Positions 45,197-54,902 of a stretch of DNA of 64,000 nt are shown here, piece after piece. The stretch is from Myxococcota bacterium. GTDB taxonomy: Bacteria > Myxococcota_A > Bradymonadia > UBA7976 > UBA1532. The translations under genes and the position numbers were made by a program. The first letter of the stretch is position 1; every line of letters starts with the position of its first letter. Below the pieces are notes generated by a model. That model searched no databases and had not been told where the DNA came from. It saw nothing but the letters and a program-made list of their open reading frames with translations. The stretch is from contig JAYZEG010000030.1 in NCBI GenBank assembly GCA_036337435.1, forward strand, positions 25,160 through 89,159, given 5' to 3'.

Positions 45197-45883
45197 TTAC
45201 CGTTGATATTTCACAGAACAGCCCCACGCCTTGGTCGAGGGCACCGCAACGGGCTTTTTGTCAGCGACCGACTTGAGGGCATCTGAGAGGTAATCATCGA
45301 AGCGGTCGACCTTGTATCCTGCCCCGCGCGTGCTATCGAGAGCACCCGCATAAACAAGCACACCTTGGGCATCGATGACGAACATGTGAGGCGTTTTCTT
45401 CGCATCAAACAGTCGGCCAACATGACCGGATTCATCCATAAGAATCGGATACTTAATGGAGAACTCGGCGCGGGCTTTTTGATTTCTCTCTTGCCCATGT
45501 CCTTGACGACCGGGTGCCCCTGAATTGATGGCTAACCAAACCCCGCCAGACGCTGCATGAGCTTTGGCTTTTTGTGCAAGTTTCCCCTCGTTGTGAGCAA
45601 CCTTTACAAATGGACAATCAGGATTAAACCACTCGAGTACAATTGTCTTTCCTCTATACTGGCTGAGTTTGTGTACCTGACCATCAACATCTTTCAACTC
45701 AAAATCTGGAACCGGCTTACCGAGCTCAGCGATAATGGCTGGACTCGTCGTTGGGGTCGATGTCTGGGCCGTGGCCAGCAGACCTCCGAGAGCCAATGAG
45801 AGTACACCAGACATGACAAAGACCCATTTAGCTTTGTTTTTTGTTGTTCGATTTACATTTGAATGAGTTCGAAAGCTGTCCAT
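45197..45883 (-). CDS. Exported redoxin/thioredoxin-fold protein (AhpC/TSA-like)
   Basis: Start MDSFRT... is preceded by GGAG. Signal peptide WVFVMSGVLSLALGGLLATAQ. Motifs: VLEWFNPDCPFVKV and the C-terminal AWGCSVKY. Confidence 0.75.
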   Translation of the reverse strand: MDSFRTHSNVNRTTKNKAKWVFVMSGVLSLALGGLLATAQTSTPTTSPAIIAELGKPVPDFELKDVDGQVHKLSQYRGKTIVLEWFNPDCPFVKVAHNEGKLAQKAKAHAASGGVWLAINSGAPGRQGHGQERNQKARAEFSIKYPILMDESGHVGRLFDAKKTPHMFVIDAQGVLVYAGALDSTRGAGYKVDRFDDYLSDALKSVADKKPVAVPSTKAWGCSVKYQR

Positions 45884-45985
45884 TTTAAAATCTCCGCATA
45901 AAAGCACAAAACTGCGGACGCATTGTTGGCCGAGAGGCCACGCTTTGTCTACCATGGAAATTGAGAAATCAGTTTGGCTAGGTGT

Positions 45986-47464
45986 TCACGGTCGCTGCTG
46001 CCGCGTAGAATTGACCTTGTCCTGTAATAGAGCGTAGGCATTTTTAGGTTCAGAGTTTGCCTGTGCAAAAATCGAGAGGCTTGAAAACTGACTGATTTGG
46101 CTTCTAGCCAACCCAAGGACATCGTTCGCAGCAGAAAAATCGACGATGGTATTTCTCGACAATTCAAGGGTTTGCCCAAACCTGGGTTTTGATTCGGCTG
46201 CCATCTGCAGCCGCTCTAAAACATCGCTCAATTGATCGCGATTAATGTCAATCTCTTCCAAAGCAAAATTGATACTATCCACAGCTTGCCTTGATGTGAA
46301 TGACGATGACAGGTCCATTTGGCTCAAAGCTGTCTTGGGGTTGGATAACACGGACTCCGGTCCGATGACGGGCCCTAGGCCGACGGCGTCATCCATACCA
46401 ACGTCTTTATATTCAAGCTCAAAAGATTGTCGGGCGAAAAGCTTGACGCGCCCGCCAAAAACTTGCTGGGCGGCCCGACCGGCATTCAGACCTGTTGCTT
46501 CTGCAGCTTTGATGGTCGCCGTTTCTACATAAATATTCCGGCCATCATCTGCAGTCAGTTGTAAACGTCCATCGATTAAGTCGGCTCGCACGCCGGTTCT
46601 CGATGTTGCTGAGTTGATCGTGCTTCGAAGGCGACCATCGTAATCGTCACGACGCACTTCAAATCCCTGGAAGGTCTCCCCGTTTATCCGAATGGGATTG
46701 AGTGCATCGAGTTGCCCACCACCGGGGCTGCCACCATCGACCCGAGTCGATTGAGCATAAGCGGTCACCCCCGTCTGATCAGATACTTCGTTGAAGACCC
46801 GTACTTTGGCTAATGCAGATGCACTGTTGTTTATGACCGACACCGTGTCATCTGCACTCGTCGTTGCCCGTAAGCCGACGTCATTGACCTCGATTGAGTC
46901 TGCCGTAATTGGCCGCGTTGCGTCGACGGAGTTTCCAATTTGGCTAATATGCAAACCCAAGCTATCGCGCCTTAACTTCAAAAAATTAACCGTCATGTCC
47001 TCAGCCCCATATTGCCGAGATCGTAAGCGCAGCGAAAGCAGTTGCCCATTGAGTGGAGCGAGAGAACCAAAACGTGTATTTCGTCCGATGGCATCGAATT
47101 CATCAAGCCGTTCTTGAGACTCAACGCCAAGGACCGTGCGGCGGTGTTGGGACAGATTAGACCGCATACCCTCTTGAGCTAAACGTCTGAGGTCGAGGAG
47201 AATTTGCGCTGCATCCATCAAACCCGAATCAGCCGTTTGAACGAGGGATATGCCATCGGTCAGGTCTCGAACGACTTGACCGACCACTTTTGAATCCGAG
47301 TTAAGCCCTATAGAGATGAAGTAATCATCGGAAATGTTTGTTGTCTGGTCGGTTTTTGAATCCATCGGCGCGAGATGCGCAGGTGATTGGACGTATGGCC
47401 GAATAGACAATCGGCGATTGCTCAAAAGCGAACGCGTCTGATGATTGACCCAGATACTCGACAT
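45986..47464 (-). CDS. Divergent flagellin-family protein (492 aa) with degenerate N-terminal D0/D1 motif
   Basis: The centre aligns with the fliC above (INGETFQGFEVRRDDYDGRLRSTINSATSRTGVRADLIDGRLQLTADDGRNIYVE versus INGVTLTGFRVEDNDANDKLVNQINSITDETGVVASLDDNHRLVLTADDGRNVEI). The C-terminus is flagellin-like (SLSIFAQANSEPKNAYALL). The N-terminus lacks the RINSAKDDAAGLAI motif. Confidence 0.7.
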   Translation of the reverse strand: MSSIWVNHQTRSLLSNRRLSIRPYVQSPAHLAPMDSKTDQTTNISDDYFISIGLNSDSKVVGQVVRDLTDGISLVQTADSGLMDAAQILLDLRRLAQEGMRSNLSQHRRTVLGVESQERLDEFDAIGRNTRFGSLAPLNGQLLSLRLRSRQYGAEDMTVNFLKLRRDSLGLHISQIGNSVDATRPITADSIEVNDVGLRATTSADDTVSVINNSASALAKVRVFNEVSDQTGVTAYAQSTRVDGGSPGGGQLDALNPIRINGETFQGFEVRRDDYDGRLRSTINSATSRTGVRADLIDGRLQLTADDGRNIYVETATIKAAEATGLNAGRAAQQVFGGRVKLFARQSFELEYKDVGMDDAVGLGPVIGPESVLSNPKTALSQMDLSSSFTSRQAVDSINFALEEIDINRDQLSDVLERLQMAAESKPRFGQTLELSRNTIVDFSAANDVLGLARSQISQFSSLSIFAQANSEPKNAYALLQDKVNSTRQQRP

Positions 47465-47695
47465 CTAATCCTCAATCATTAAAGCCGCCAGTTGAAACAA
47501 AACAAGGGCCGTGGATGGATGGCCCAATCCAGGCCATCGTTTCACAATGCAGCCCACACGCTGACGTTTCAGATCCGCAGGATAACATATTCCATAAGAC
47601 AGATCCCGCTGGCCGCCTGTATTTTTCTTATGATGCGAGTCCTCAACCGCTTGATTTTAATGAGTAAACTTTAATTTGGAAGCCGGGAAACAGCT

Positions 47696-48049
47696 TCAGA
47701 ATAGATCTGGGTTCGATCGAACCCAGAGTTGGCCATCGCGAATCTGCGATTCAATCCCTTGTAGCTGAATACCCGGCTGACCGCTGTCCGTCCCATTGGG
47801 CAGATTAAAGATCCAATTGTGCCATGTGCAGACCAACTGATTATCATCATTGAGACAACCCCGTTCGGTTAAAGCGACGCCTTGATGTGGGCAACGGTCG
47901 ACGATCACATCGCAACCGGCTTCGGTCCTCACCACGGCTACGTCAACGCGATTGCCATAATCTCCGTCCATTTTAGCGGCGGTTACGGAACCCATGCCAA
48001 AGTCATCTAACGGACCCAGGGATTGCCATTCGCTCTCGCCAAAGCTCAT
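47696..48049 (-). CDS. Rieske [2Fe-2S] domain protein
   Basis: CPHQG...CTWHNW (CxH / CxxH). Start chosen at MSFGESEW. Confidence 0.75.
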   Translation of the reverse strand: MSFGESEWQSLGPLDDFGMGSVTAAKMDGDYGNRVDVAVVRTEAGCDVIVDRCPHQGVALTERGCLNDDNQLVCTWHNWIFNLPNGTDSGQPGIQLQGIESQIRDGQLWVRSNPDLF

Positions 48050-48167
48050 TGTCTGACTCCATAATCCAGCTTTGAGTTCGATGGAAAGTAGTGTACATCG
48101 CAGGTCTCTTAAAATCAGCATTCTGGAAAATTAAAGTCTGAATCAAGCAGAATTGGGAGCGATGTGA

Positions 48168-49475
48168 ATGGTCAGCCACGCAAATCGGATTCGATATATC
48201 AATGGGTATGACGTACCTGGATTACACGTTATCGAACAGGAAATTGACGTCCCGTTAAACCATAGAGACCCCAGCCAAGGGACGATTTCAATCTTTGCCC
48301 GAACTCTTAAAGCGATTCGGGCAAAAGATGAACAAAGACCGTTTCTTTTGTATCTACAGGGTGGCCCAGGTTTTGAGTGCCAAAGGCCAACTCGACGAGG
48401 TGGTTGGATAGACCGAGCTCTCGATGAATTTCATGTAATCTTGGTCGACCAGCGCGGCACTGGACGAAGTTCTCCTATCTGCCATAGAACACTATTGGTC
48501 CAGGGTAACCCGGCCAAACAAGCGGACTACTTGGCGCACTTTAGAGCTGATTCCATCGTAGCCGATTGTGAAATTATCCGAAAAGCCATCGTCGGCGAGA
48601 ATACCAAGTGGACGATTTTAGGACAGAGTTTCGGCGGTTTCTGTGCGTTGACCTATCTCTCTTACGCCCCAGAAGGACTCGAGAGTGCACTTTTTACAGG
48701 TGGTCTGCCTCCGCTTGATGGCAACCCAGATCGGGTCTACCAAGCGACTTATGAACGTCTTCTGGAACGGGACCGTCGCTATTTCGATCGTTATCCCGCT
48801 GATCGAAACGTCATCGAAAAAATCATCAAGATCGTTGAAACCAGCCCGATTTACCTGCCGAGCGGGACCAGGTTAAGCCGCCAGCTCTTGCAACATCTAG
48901 GCATAGGACTGGGCCGACATGATGGCTCAGAGACATTGCATTATCTTCTCAACCAAGCGTTGATAACAGGCCCAAATGGCCCCGAACTCTCCTATCGGTT
49001 CCTTTGGTCGGTCGATTCGCAGGTGTCATTCAATACAAACCCTATCTATGGGATTTTGCATGAAGCGATATACTGCCAAAGGGACGCATCGCGTTGGTCA
49101 GCTGAACGAATTAAATCAAAACTGCCTGCCTACCAAGGACGCGAATTCGTTTTCACCGGTGAGATGGTCTACCCGTGGATGTTCGAAGACATCAGCCATC
49201 TAAGACCCCTGGCCGAAGTGGCCCACAAACTCGCTGAAAAGAGCGATTGGCCCCCCCTATATGACCCCGTCGCGTTGGCAAATAATACAGTGCCTTGTGC
49301 AGCCCTTATCTATGATGAAGACATGTATGTTGAACGCGCGTTCTCAAGCCAAACAGCAAAAGCCGTGCGCGGCATGAGGGTCTGGGTCACCAACCAGTAT
49401 GAGCATAATGGGCTCAGGCAAGCCGGCCCAGCCATCCTGGATCGTTTACTCGACCTGGCCCGCGGCGAGGAGTGA
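48168..49475 (+). CDS. pip: Alpha/beta-hydrolase, prolyl aminopeptidase (S33)-like
   Basis: Motifs: YLQGGPGFE, VDQRGTGRS, GQSFGG nucleophile elbow. 435 aa. Confidence 0.75.
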   Translation: MVSHANRIRYINGYDVPGLHVIEQEIDVPLNHRDPSQGTISIFARTLKAIRAKDEQRPFLLYLQGGPGFECQRPTRRGGWIDRALDEFHVILVDQRGTGRSSPICHRTLLVQGNPAKQADYLAHFRADSIVADCEIIRKAIVGENTKWTILGQSFGGFCALTYLSYAPEGLESALFTGGLPPLDGNPDRVYQATYERLLERDRRYFDRYPADRNVIEKIIKIVETSPIYLPSGTRLSRQLLQHLGIGLGRHDGSETLHYLLNQALITGPNGPELSYRFLWSVDSQVSFNTNPIYGILHEAIYCQRDASRWSAERIKSKLPAYQGREFVFTGEMVYPWMFEDISHLRPLAEVAHKLAEKSDWPPLYDPVALANNTVPCAALIYDEDMYVERAFSSQTAKAVRGMRVWVTNQYEHNGLRQAGPAILDRLLDLARGEE

Positions 49476-49476
49476 T

Positions 49477-49743
49477 ATGACGCTTCGTAAGCTGAACACG
49501 CTTTTCATTTTGATCACAGCTGGACTGGTCATCGCCTCACTCTGGATTCATGTTTCGAGCATGGGATTGAACTCTTTATCGCGGCAAACATTTGTCCTGG
49601 TGTTCCCGTTTTTCTTAAGCGTGATGACCAAGAGAACCCAGAGGTACCCAAAAGTAGGCCTCATCACCAGTTTTGTGGCTGTCCTGCTGGCACTCGCGGG
49701 TCTTCAGATGAGCCTGCAGAGCCAGCTCACGCCGGGTCAATAA
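49477..49743 (+). CDS. Small membrane protein (88 aa, 3 hydrophobic segments)
   Basis: The ATG is 1 nt after the upstream stop. Hydrophobic stretches: LFILITAGLVIASLWI, FVLVFPFFLSV, LITSFVAVLLALAGL. Confidence 0.5.
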   Translation: MTLRKLNTLFILITAGLVIASLWIHVSSMGLNSLSRQTFVLVFPFFLSVMTKRTQRYPKVGLITSFVAVLLALAGLQMSLQSQLTPGQ

Positions 49744-49759
49744 ACGCCGTCTCTTGCCA

Positions 49760-50359
49760 TCAAGCCGAAGGAACTGCCAGAATGCTCTGAAGTGCTGACC
49801 GAACCATTGCGACACCGATCGCCATCAACATAAGGGACATGAGCTTACCGATGGCTTTGGTCCCTGCATCACCCAAGATCGGGAGGATGCGATGAGCAAA
49901 ATACAAGACCAAATAGGCCAAAATTAGGTTCGGTAAAAACGCGGCGGCGACAGTCAGCTTGTCATGGGCTTCCGTCATGACAATCAAAGTGGTCATCGTC
50001 GCAGGACCAACCAAAAGTGGGACGCCGATGGGCACAGGCCCAACGTCTTCAGCCGCCTGTGCGATACGCTGCCCACGAGACAGAACCAAGTCATGAAAGC
50101 CAAGGCCTAACAAAACAAGACCGCCGGCGACCCGAAGGTCCGAAATGGTCACGCCCATCAAGCGAAGCAAATCGGTTCCAACCAAGGTCATCAAGCAAGC
50201 AACTGCGCCTGCAAGGACAACTGCAGACCGAACAAGTTTAGGCCGTTCTAAGTCCGATATCCCTTCGGTGAGCGACATGTAAATCGGTGCTGTTGTGACG
50301 ATGTTCATCGAGACAAATATCGCCAAACCAGCAACCCACACATTTTCAAGAACAAACAT
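49760..50359 (-). CDS. MarC/UPF0056 family membrane protein
   Basis: The protein starts MFVLENVWVAGLAIFVSMNIVTTAPIYMSL and has 6 TM segments. An SD-like GAGAGGGGG lies upstream. The 112-codon N-terminal extension in the ORF track looks non-coding. Confidence 0.75.
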   Translation of the reverse strand: MFVLENVWVAGLAIFVSMNIVTTAPIYMSLTEGISDLERPKLVRSAVVLAGAVACLMTLVGTDLLRLMGVTISDLRVAGGLVLLGLGFHDLVLSRGQRIAQAAEDVGPVPIGVPLLVGPATMTTLIVMTEAHDKLTVAAAFLPNLILAYLVLYFAHRILPILGDAGTKAIGKLMSLMLMAIGVAMVRSALQSILAVPSA

Positions 50360-50617
50360 TTTAAACCCCCTCTCACCCCCAAACCTGACCCGACTTAAAG
50401 CGAGTCTGGAGCGACGGGAATTTAGCGGTCGCTGACCCGTGCTGCGTGACAGCTGTGAAACAAAATACATCGGGGTTCTGGCCGGTCCGGCCTGGACGTC
50501 TTCATAGACCCCAGGAGGCTTTTTTTGCACAGCATTAGAATTATCAAAATGGCGCTGGCACATCGCGTCTGAGTGGGGTAGCGTCCGGCCAAACAAATCG
50601 AACCGATCCACTGTGAA

Positions 50618-51637
50618 ATGATTGGCCAATCCATCGCAAAATTTATGCCCTTTGGTGGGGTGTCGGTCAGGCCGGTGCAGGGATTCATTGGGCACTCGAT
50701 GACCGTGCTGCCGTATGGCTTGGCAACGGCAACAACAGCACCTAGGTTTAATAGCGAAATATTCGAAAGCAGCTGTTTCGACGAGCAGAGAGGCACAATC
50801 CCAATCTATGGTCGCCTCGATCGCGTTTCAGGAAAAACAGACAGCTTAGTGATCATCCTCCATGGAATTACATCAACGCCCAGTGATAGCTACGTGAGGC
50901 AATTGGCCAATCAAGTGAATCAGTCGGGTATGGATAGCCTGCGAATTGCTCTGAGGGGCGCGACTTGCAAGGGGCATGACCATTACCATGCAGGGCAAAT
51001 TGACGACTTGGTCGCATTGACGACTGACCCACGACTCAGTGCCTATGAGAACCTGTTTGTCGTTGGCTATTCACTCGGTGGACAAATCGCCCTGAAATTT
51101 GGCATCGACGCAAATGAAACTCGTCTTCGTGGCATCGTTGCATTATGCGCGCCCATCTGTATGAGATCGGCGCAAGAGGCTTTAGATAAACCAGCGATGC
51201 TGGCCTATCGAGTCGCCATACTCAACGCGCTGAAATATAAATATCGTCGTTTGATGCGCAATGCTCTCCGGGTCGGTCAACCGATGGCCGCGACACGCGC
51301 CGAGCTAGAAAAAATCAAGACCTTCTATGACTGGGACCGGGCTGTTGTTTGTCCACGCTTTGGCTACTCGTCAGTACACGACTATTACGAAACTGTGTCC
51401 ACGGGTCCCGAATTGAATCGACTTGAAATACCAAGTCTATTGGTTTTCGGAGCGCAAGACCCTGTCGTTCCCTTGGATGGCGTAGCCGATTACTTAAGGA
51501 AAGCCAACGCTCACAGCGAGGTCCATGTGCTCAGTCCAGGAGGACACCTGGGATTCTCACCGAGAGCCTCAATTGGACAGAGAACACGCCCTGGGCTTCA
51601 CCATCAAATTACGAACTGGATTATCGAAAACCGATAG
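50618..51637 (+). CDS. Alpha/beta-fold hydrolase (YheT/ABHD-like)
   Basis: Motifs: VIILHGITSTPSDSY, GYSLGG. Start is uncertain (50618 or 50645). Confidence 0.7.
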   Translation: MIGQSIAKFMPFGGVSVRPVQGFIGHSMTVLPYGLATATTAPRFNSEIFESSCFDEQRGTIPIYGRLDRVSGKTDSLVIILHGITSTPSDSYVRQLANQVNQSGMDSLRIALRGATCKGHDHYHAGQIDDLVALTTDPRLSAYENLFVVGYSLGGQIALKFGIDANETRLRGIVALCAPICMRSAQEALDKPAMLAYRVAILNALKYKYRRLMRNALRVGQPMAATRAELEKIKTFYDWDRAVVCPRFGYSSVHDYYETVSTGPELNRLEIPSLLVFGAQDPVVPLDGVADYLRKANAHSEVHVLSPGGHLGFSPRASIGQRTRPGLHHQITNWIIENR

Positions 51638-51673
51638 CGCACGCCATCATCAAATCGAGAAACTTCGGGTGAC

Positions 51674-52960
51674 TTAAAACGCCTCTTTGAATTGGAAATA
51701 GAACTCAAATTGCGCTCCGTAGGCAATGTCCAGTCTCAAATTCGCACGCTGTGATTGGTCCAATGCATACCGGAATCCTGCTCCACCCGCCCCTCGATAG
51801 CCATCTAGGTGGAGCGTTGATAGCGAAGGGGCCACCCGGGCGAATTCAAAAAAGCCGACAGCCGCAAAGTGTTGAGTCAATTCGATACGATATTCAAGCT
51901 GGTTGCAATGCAACGCACGATCCCTCAATCGGCCAATGTACCAACCACGAAAAAGATCCGGGCCACCCAACGAAGGTAAGCGTTGGAATGGAACTTCACC
52001 GGTTGCCCGCTGAATCACGCTTCTCAATGCGACAGTGTGGCCTTTTAAAAAAGTGCGATAGAGGCGCGCATCGAATCGATGGACGCTAAATCGGTAGTCG
52101 CTGCCCAAGAGGTCTGAATACCGAAAAGTATCGTATCGAATAAAGTGTCCGCTCCGAGGCCACACAATCTGATCGCGATCGTCATACAGAAGAACCGGTG
52201 CTAAACCAGACCAAATGGACGTTCCCACGCCGCGCGTCGATAGAAACCCATAGTCCTCTGCAGCCGATTCAATACCAGGCGTTCGACTGAAGCGAAAATG
52301 GTGAGAAAGGCCAACGTATATTCGACCCAGCATTCGATATAAATAGTCGCTCTCAATCTGAAAATAGGCGTCTTTTAATTTGATATAGTCGCGGGTGCCT
52401 CCTGCATTGTCCTCGATGGAGATCCCTTTATTGTTGGCATTTCCGATGCCATAGAATTGGTCCGGCCAATCGACATACCTGAACACTTGCTGAATAATGT
52501 GAGTGTCTCTCTTACTCCGCAGTTCATAGGCCGCCAGCAGAACACTCTGATTTTCCAACGTGTAAATGCCAAATAAACTGAGACTGCTTGGACGCTCATC
52601 AGACCCTGCTTCGACGTCCGAAAGGGTCAGTGTACCAAGGCCAATCATCACAGATGTTTCCGGACTGTAGAGAACAAGTGGGACCATTTTTGTCCGTGCC
52701 CAAAAACGAGCCATAGCACTGTCTTCCCGTGGGATAGGCCGGATTGGTTCATCGGTCTTTGCTGTGCGAGCAGCATCAGCGTCCATTGGGGAGGCAGATG
52801 GAACCTGCGCATGAGCAGTGAGCACCCATAGGCCAGTCCATAGGAGGGCCATCATGGCCCTGGCCAAGACCCGAATGGTCAAAACAGACCTCAGATTCAA
52901 TCGAGGTATCGACATGTTCATAGCTAAAACGCTACAGGGAAACGCTCTTCTGGTATACAA
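51674..52960 (-). CDS. Omp85/BamA-superfamily outer-membrane beta-barrel protein (barrel-only)
   Basis: Signal peptide ...LWTGLWVLTAHAQ. C-terminal motifs: GGAGFRY...LRLDIAYG and a terminal ...FQFKEAF ending in Phe. Confidence 0.6.
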   Translation of the reverse strand: MYTRRAFPCSVLAMNMSIPRLNLRSVLTIRVLARAMMALLWTGLWVLTAHAQVPSASPMDADAARTAKTDEPIRPIPREDSAMARFWARTKMVPLVLYSPETSVMIGLGTLTLSDVEAGSDERPSSLSLFGIYTLENQSVLLAAYELRSKRDTHIIQQVFRYVDWPDQFYGIGNANNKGISIEDNAGGTRDYIKLKDAYFQIESDYLYRMLGRIYVGLSHHFRFSRTPGIESAAEDYGFLSTRGVGTSIWSGLAPVLLYDDRDQIVWPRSGHFIRYDTFRYSDLLGSDYRFSVHRFDARLYRTFLKGHTVALRSVIQRATGEVPFQRLPSLGGPDLFRGWYIGRLRDRALHCNQLEYRIELTQHFAAVGFFEFARVAPSLSTLHLDGYRGAGGAGFRYALDQSQRANLRLDIAYGAQFEFYFQFKEAF

Positions 52961-53088
52961 ATACCATTTTGATTAGACACTTGGTCGACTTGAATTAGAC
53001 CGGCGGTTTATGCCAAGTCTGTCACCGGACGAGCAATGATCCCCAAGGATCAGCTGGTGTCTTTAGACCGCTGTGAGATATTGCAGAT

Positions 53089-54405
53089 ATGGAACTCGAC
53101 CCAAATAAACTGCACTTCATTCCACTCGGAGGCTGTGGCGAGATCGGAATGAACCTGAATGTTTACGTGTATCAGAAGTCGGCTGTCATCGTCGATTGTG
53201 GCGTCATGTTTGCTGCTGAACAAAACGCCGCTGTTTTTCCTGAAATCGACGCATTATGGAGGATCGCTGACCGAGTTTTGGCGATTCTGATTACCCACGC
53301 CCATCAGGACCACATCGGCGCCATCAAGGATTTGTGGCCAGAGTTAAAATGTCCCATTTACGGGAGCCGCTTTGCCATAGAGATGATCTATTCGAGTCTG
53401 TCGGAAACGACGTTTTCCAAGGATGTTCCCGTTCGAGTGCTCGATCACAGTGAGGCCTTTACACTTGGGCCGTTTAAAGTCGAACGAATCCCGCTGACTC
53501 ATAGCACGGTGGAAATGGGCGCCTTCGTCATTCGGGCGGGTGAGTCTACCGTACTTCACACAGGTGACTGGACCTTTGATTCGGACCCAATTGTGGGCCA
53601 TACCTCCGACCTTGAGGCCTTAGACATCCTGAGCAGCCAAAATGTAGATGCGGTGGTCGGCGACAGCACAAATGCCCTCGAGTCAGGTTGGACTGCAACG
53701 GAGGGGTCTTTGCGAGCGGAGTTACTCGAGCAAATTAAGGCCGCAACGGGCCGGGTTTTCGTGACCATTTTTTCCTCCAACGTCGCCCGAATCCAGCTTT
53801 TGGCAGATTTGGCAAAAGAGACCGGTCGCACCTTGGTCGTCCTGGGGCGTTCCCTTCAGACGGTCGTTCGTGCAGCCCAAGCAGCTGGCTATCTGGCGAC
53901 ATTGCCCGAGCGCGTTGGTCCAAAGGAATACGGGTATTTGCCGCCTTCACAGGTTCTCGTCGTGTGTACGGGGAGCCAAGGCAGTCCCAACTCGATGCTT
54001 GGGGTCATGGCCAAGGACAAACGGACCGACGTTTATATGGAGTCGGGCGATACCGTGTTGTTTAGTGCGAGACGGGTTCCGGGCTGTGAGGAGGACATCG
54101 ACACCGTTCAAGCCCTGTTGAGATCCAGGGGCATTGAGGTGGTCGATGAGCAGACTGCGCCCATTCATGTCAGTGGACACCCCAAGCAAGATGAGCTGCG
54201 AACGATGTATGACCTCGTCAAGCCAAGATGCGTGATTCCAGTCCACGGCACCGCCAAACATTTGGACGCTCATATCGCGCTGGTGAGAAGCATGGGTCTG
54301 GCGGCAGAGCGCATCGAAAACGGCGATGTGGTCGAAATTGGTGAGACCTGCATTCGGATCGGTCAGGTGACCACTGGACAAAGACGCCGGCTTTTGGGCG
54401 GTTGA
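53089..54405 (+). CDS. rnj: Ribonuclease J-like metallo-beta-lactamase/beta-CASP protein
   Basis: Motifs: IPLGGCGEIGMN, ILITHAHQDHIGAI, HTGDW, HVSGH. Confidence 0.8.
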   Translation: MELDPNKLHFIPLGGCGEIGMNLNVYVYQKSAVIVDCGVMFAAEQNAAVFPEIDALWRIADRVLAILITHAHQDHIGAIKDLWPELKCPIYGSRFAIEMIYSSLSETTFSKDVPVRVLDHSEAFTLGPFKVERIPLTHSTVEMGAFVIRAGESTVLHTGDWTFDSDPIVGHTSDLEALDILSSQNVDAVVGDSTNALESGWTATEGSLRAELLEQIKAATGRVFVTIFSSNVARIQLLADLAKETGRTLVVLGRSLQTVVRAAQAAGYLATLPERVGPKEYGYLPPSQVLVVCTGSQGSPNSMLGVMAKDKRTDVYMESGDTVLFSARRVPGCEEDIDTVQALLRSRGIEVVDEQTAPIHVSGHPKQDELRTMYDLVKPRCVIPVHGTAKHLDAHIALVRSMGLAAERIENGDVVEIGETCIRIGQVTTGQRRRLLGG

Positions 54406-54459
54406 AAGTCCACCGCAGCGGGCAAAATAAAACCCTTTAATAGGTCTGAAAGGCCAATT

Positions 54460-54684
54460 TCAGCAGATGGCTAGACGCCAACAGCAGGTACGGATAGACC
54501 AGGGTCTACCGACACAGTTCCCGCGTTTGCATTGAACACCGGATAAATATCGGTAATCGTTGCCCTCACCCGGACTGTACAGTCCCGTTTTGGATACACC
54601 GCTGTCGTCTTCGGGATAACGTCCTACGGACGTTAAATTTGCGGTATCAAGGCAGTCGTGTCCGAAGCCGAGCTGGTCTCGCAT
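54460..54684 (-). CDS. Possible small Cys-rich protein (74 aa from the only internal ATG); very uncertain
   Basis: This is the only sizeable ORF in a 497-bp gap. It reads MRDQLGFGHDCLDTANLTSVGRYPEDDSGVSKTGLYSPGEGNDYRYLSGVQCKRGNCVGRPWSIRTCCWRLAIC. No SD or signal peptide was recognised. Confidence 0.2.
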   Translation of the reverse strand: MRDQLGFGHDCLDTANLTSVGRYPEDDSGVSKTGLYSPGEGNDYRYLSGVQCKRGNCVGRPWSIRTCCWRLAIC

Positions 54685-54902
54685 CTCGTCGGTGACGCAA
54701 AGGCCGTTCCCGGAGCAGGCTGTCCAGGGGATGCAAACTGATGCAGACGGAAATGGGCGGCTTTGATCACCGACACCACCCCCTGTGAGGACACCACGAC
54801 CGGTCCAGTTGGAGACGGATAACAGTTCATATGGTCGTCCATAGCCACCTCGGTCCAGTTTTGTCACTCTCTTAGTAACAGCGAGCCGACTGGAGAGTTC
54901 AC

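Noticed and set aside
50360-50695. N-terminal extensions of ORF-track entries (MarC 50360-50695; similarly 13704-13877, 45884-45955, 48050-48121, 10925-11032, 57172-57237)
   Set aside because: The family-conserved sequence begins at internal Met codons that have SD-like sequences or ATGA coupling. The extensions overlap neighbouring genes or have non-protein-like composition.
54404-54411. GAAAGTCC, resembling the universally conserved P4 segment (GAGGAAAGUCC) of RNase P RNA, at the start of a 497-bp gap
   Set aside because: The flanking sequence lacks GAGG before it and GGGC after it. There is no matching 3' P4 strand (ACAGAANCCGGCUUA-like) or other conserved RNase P blocks on either strand. 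It also overlaps the rnj stop codon.
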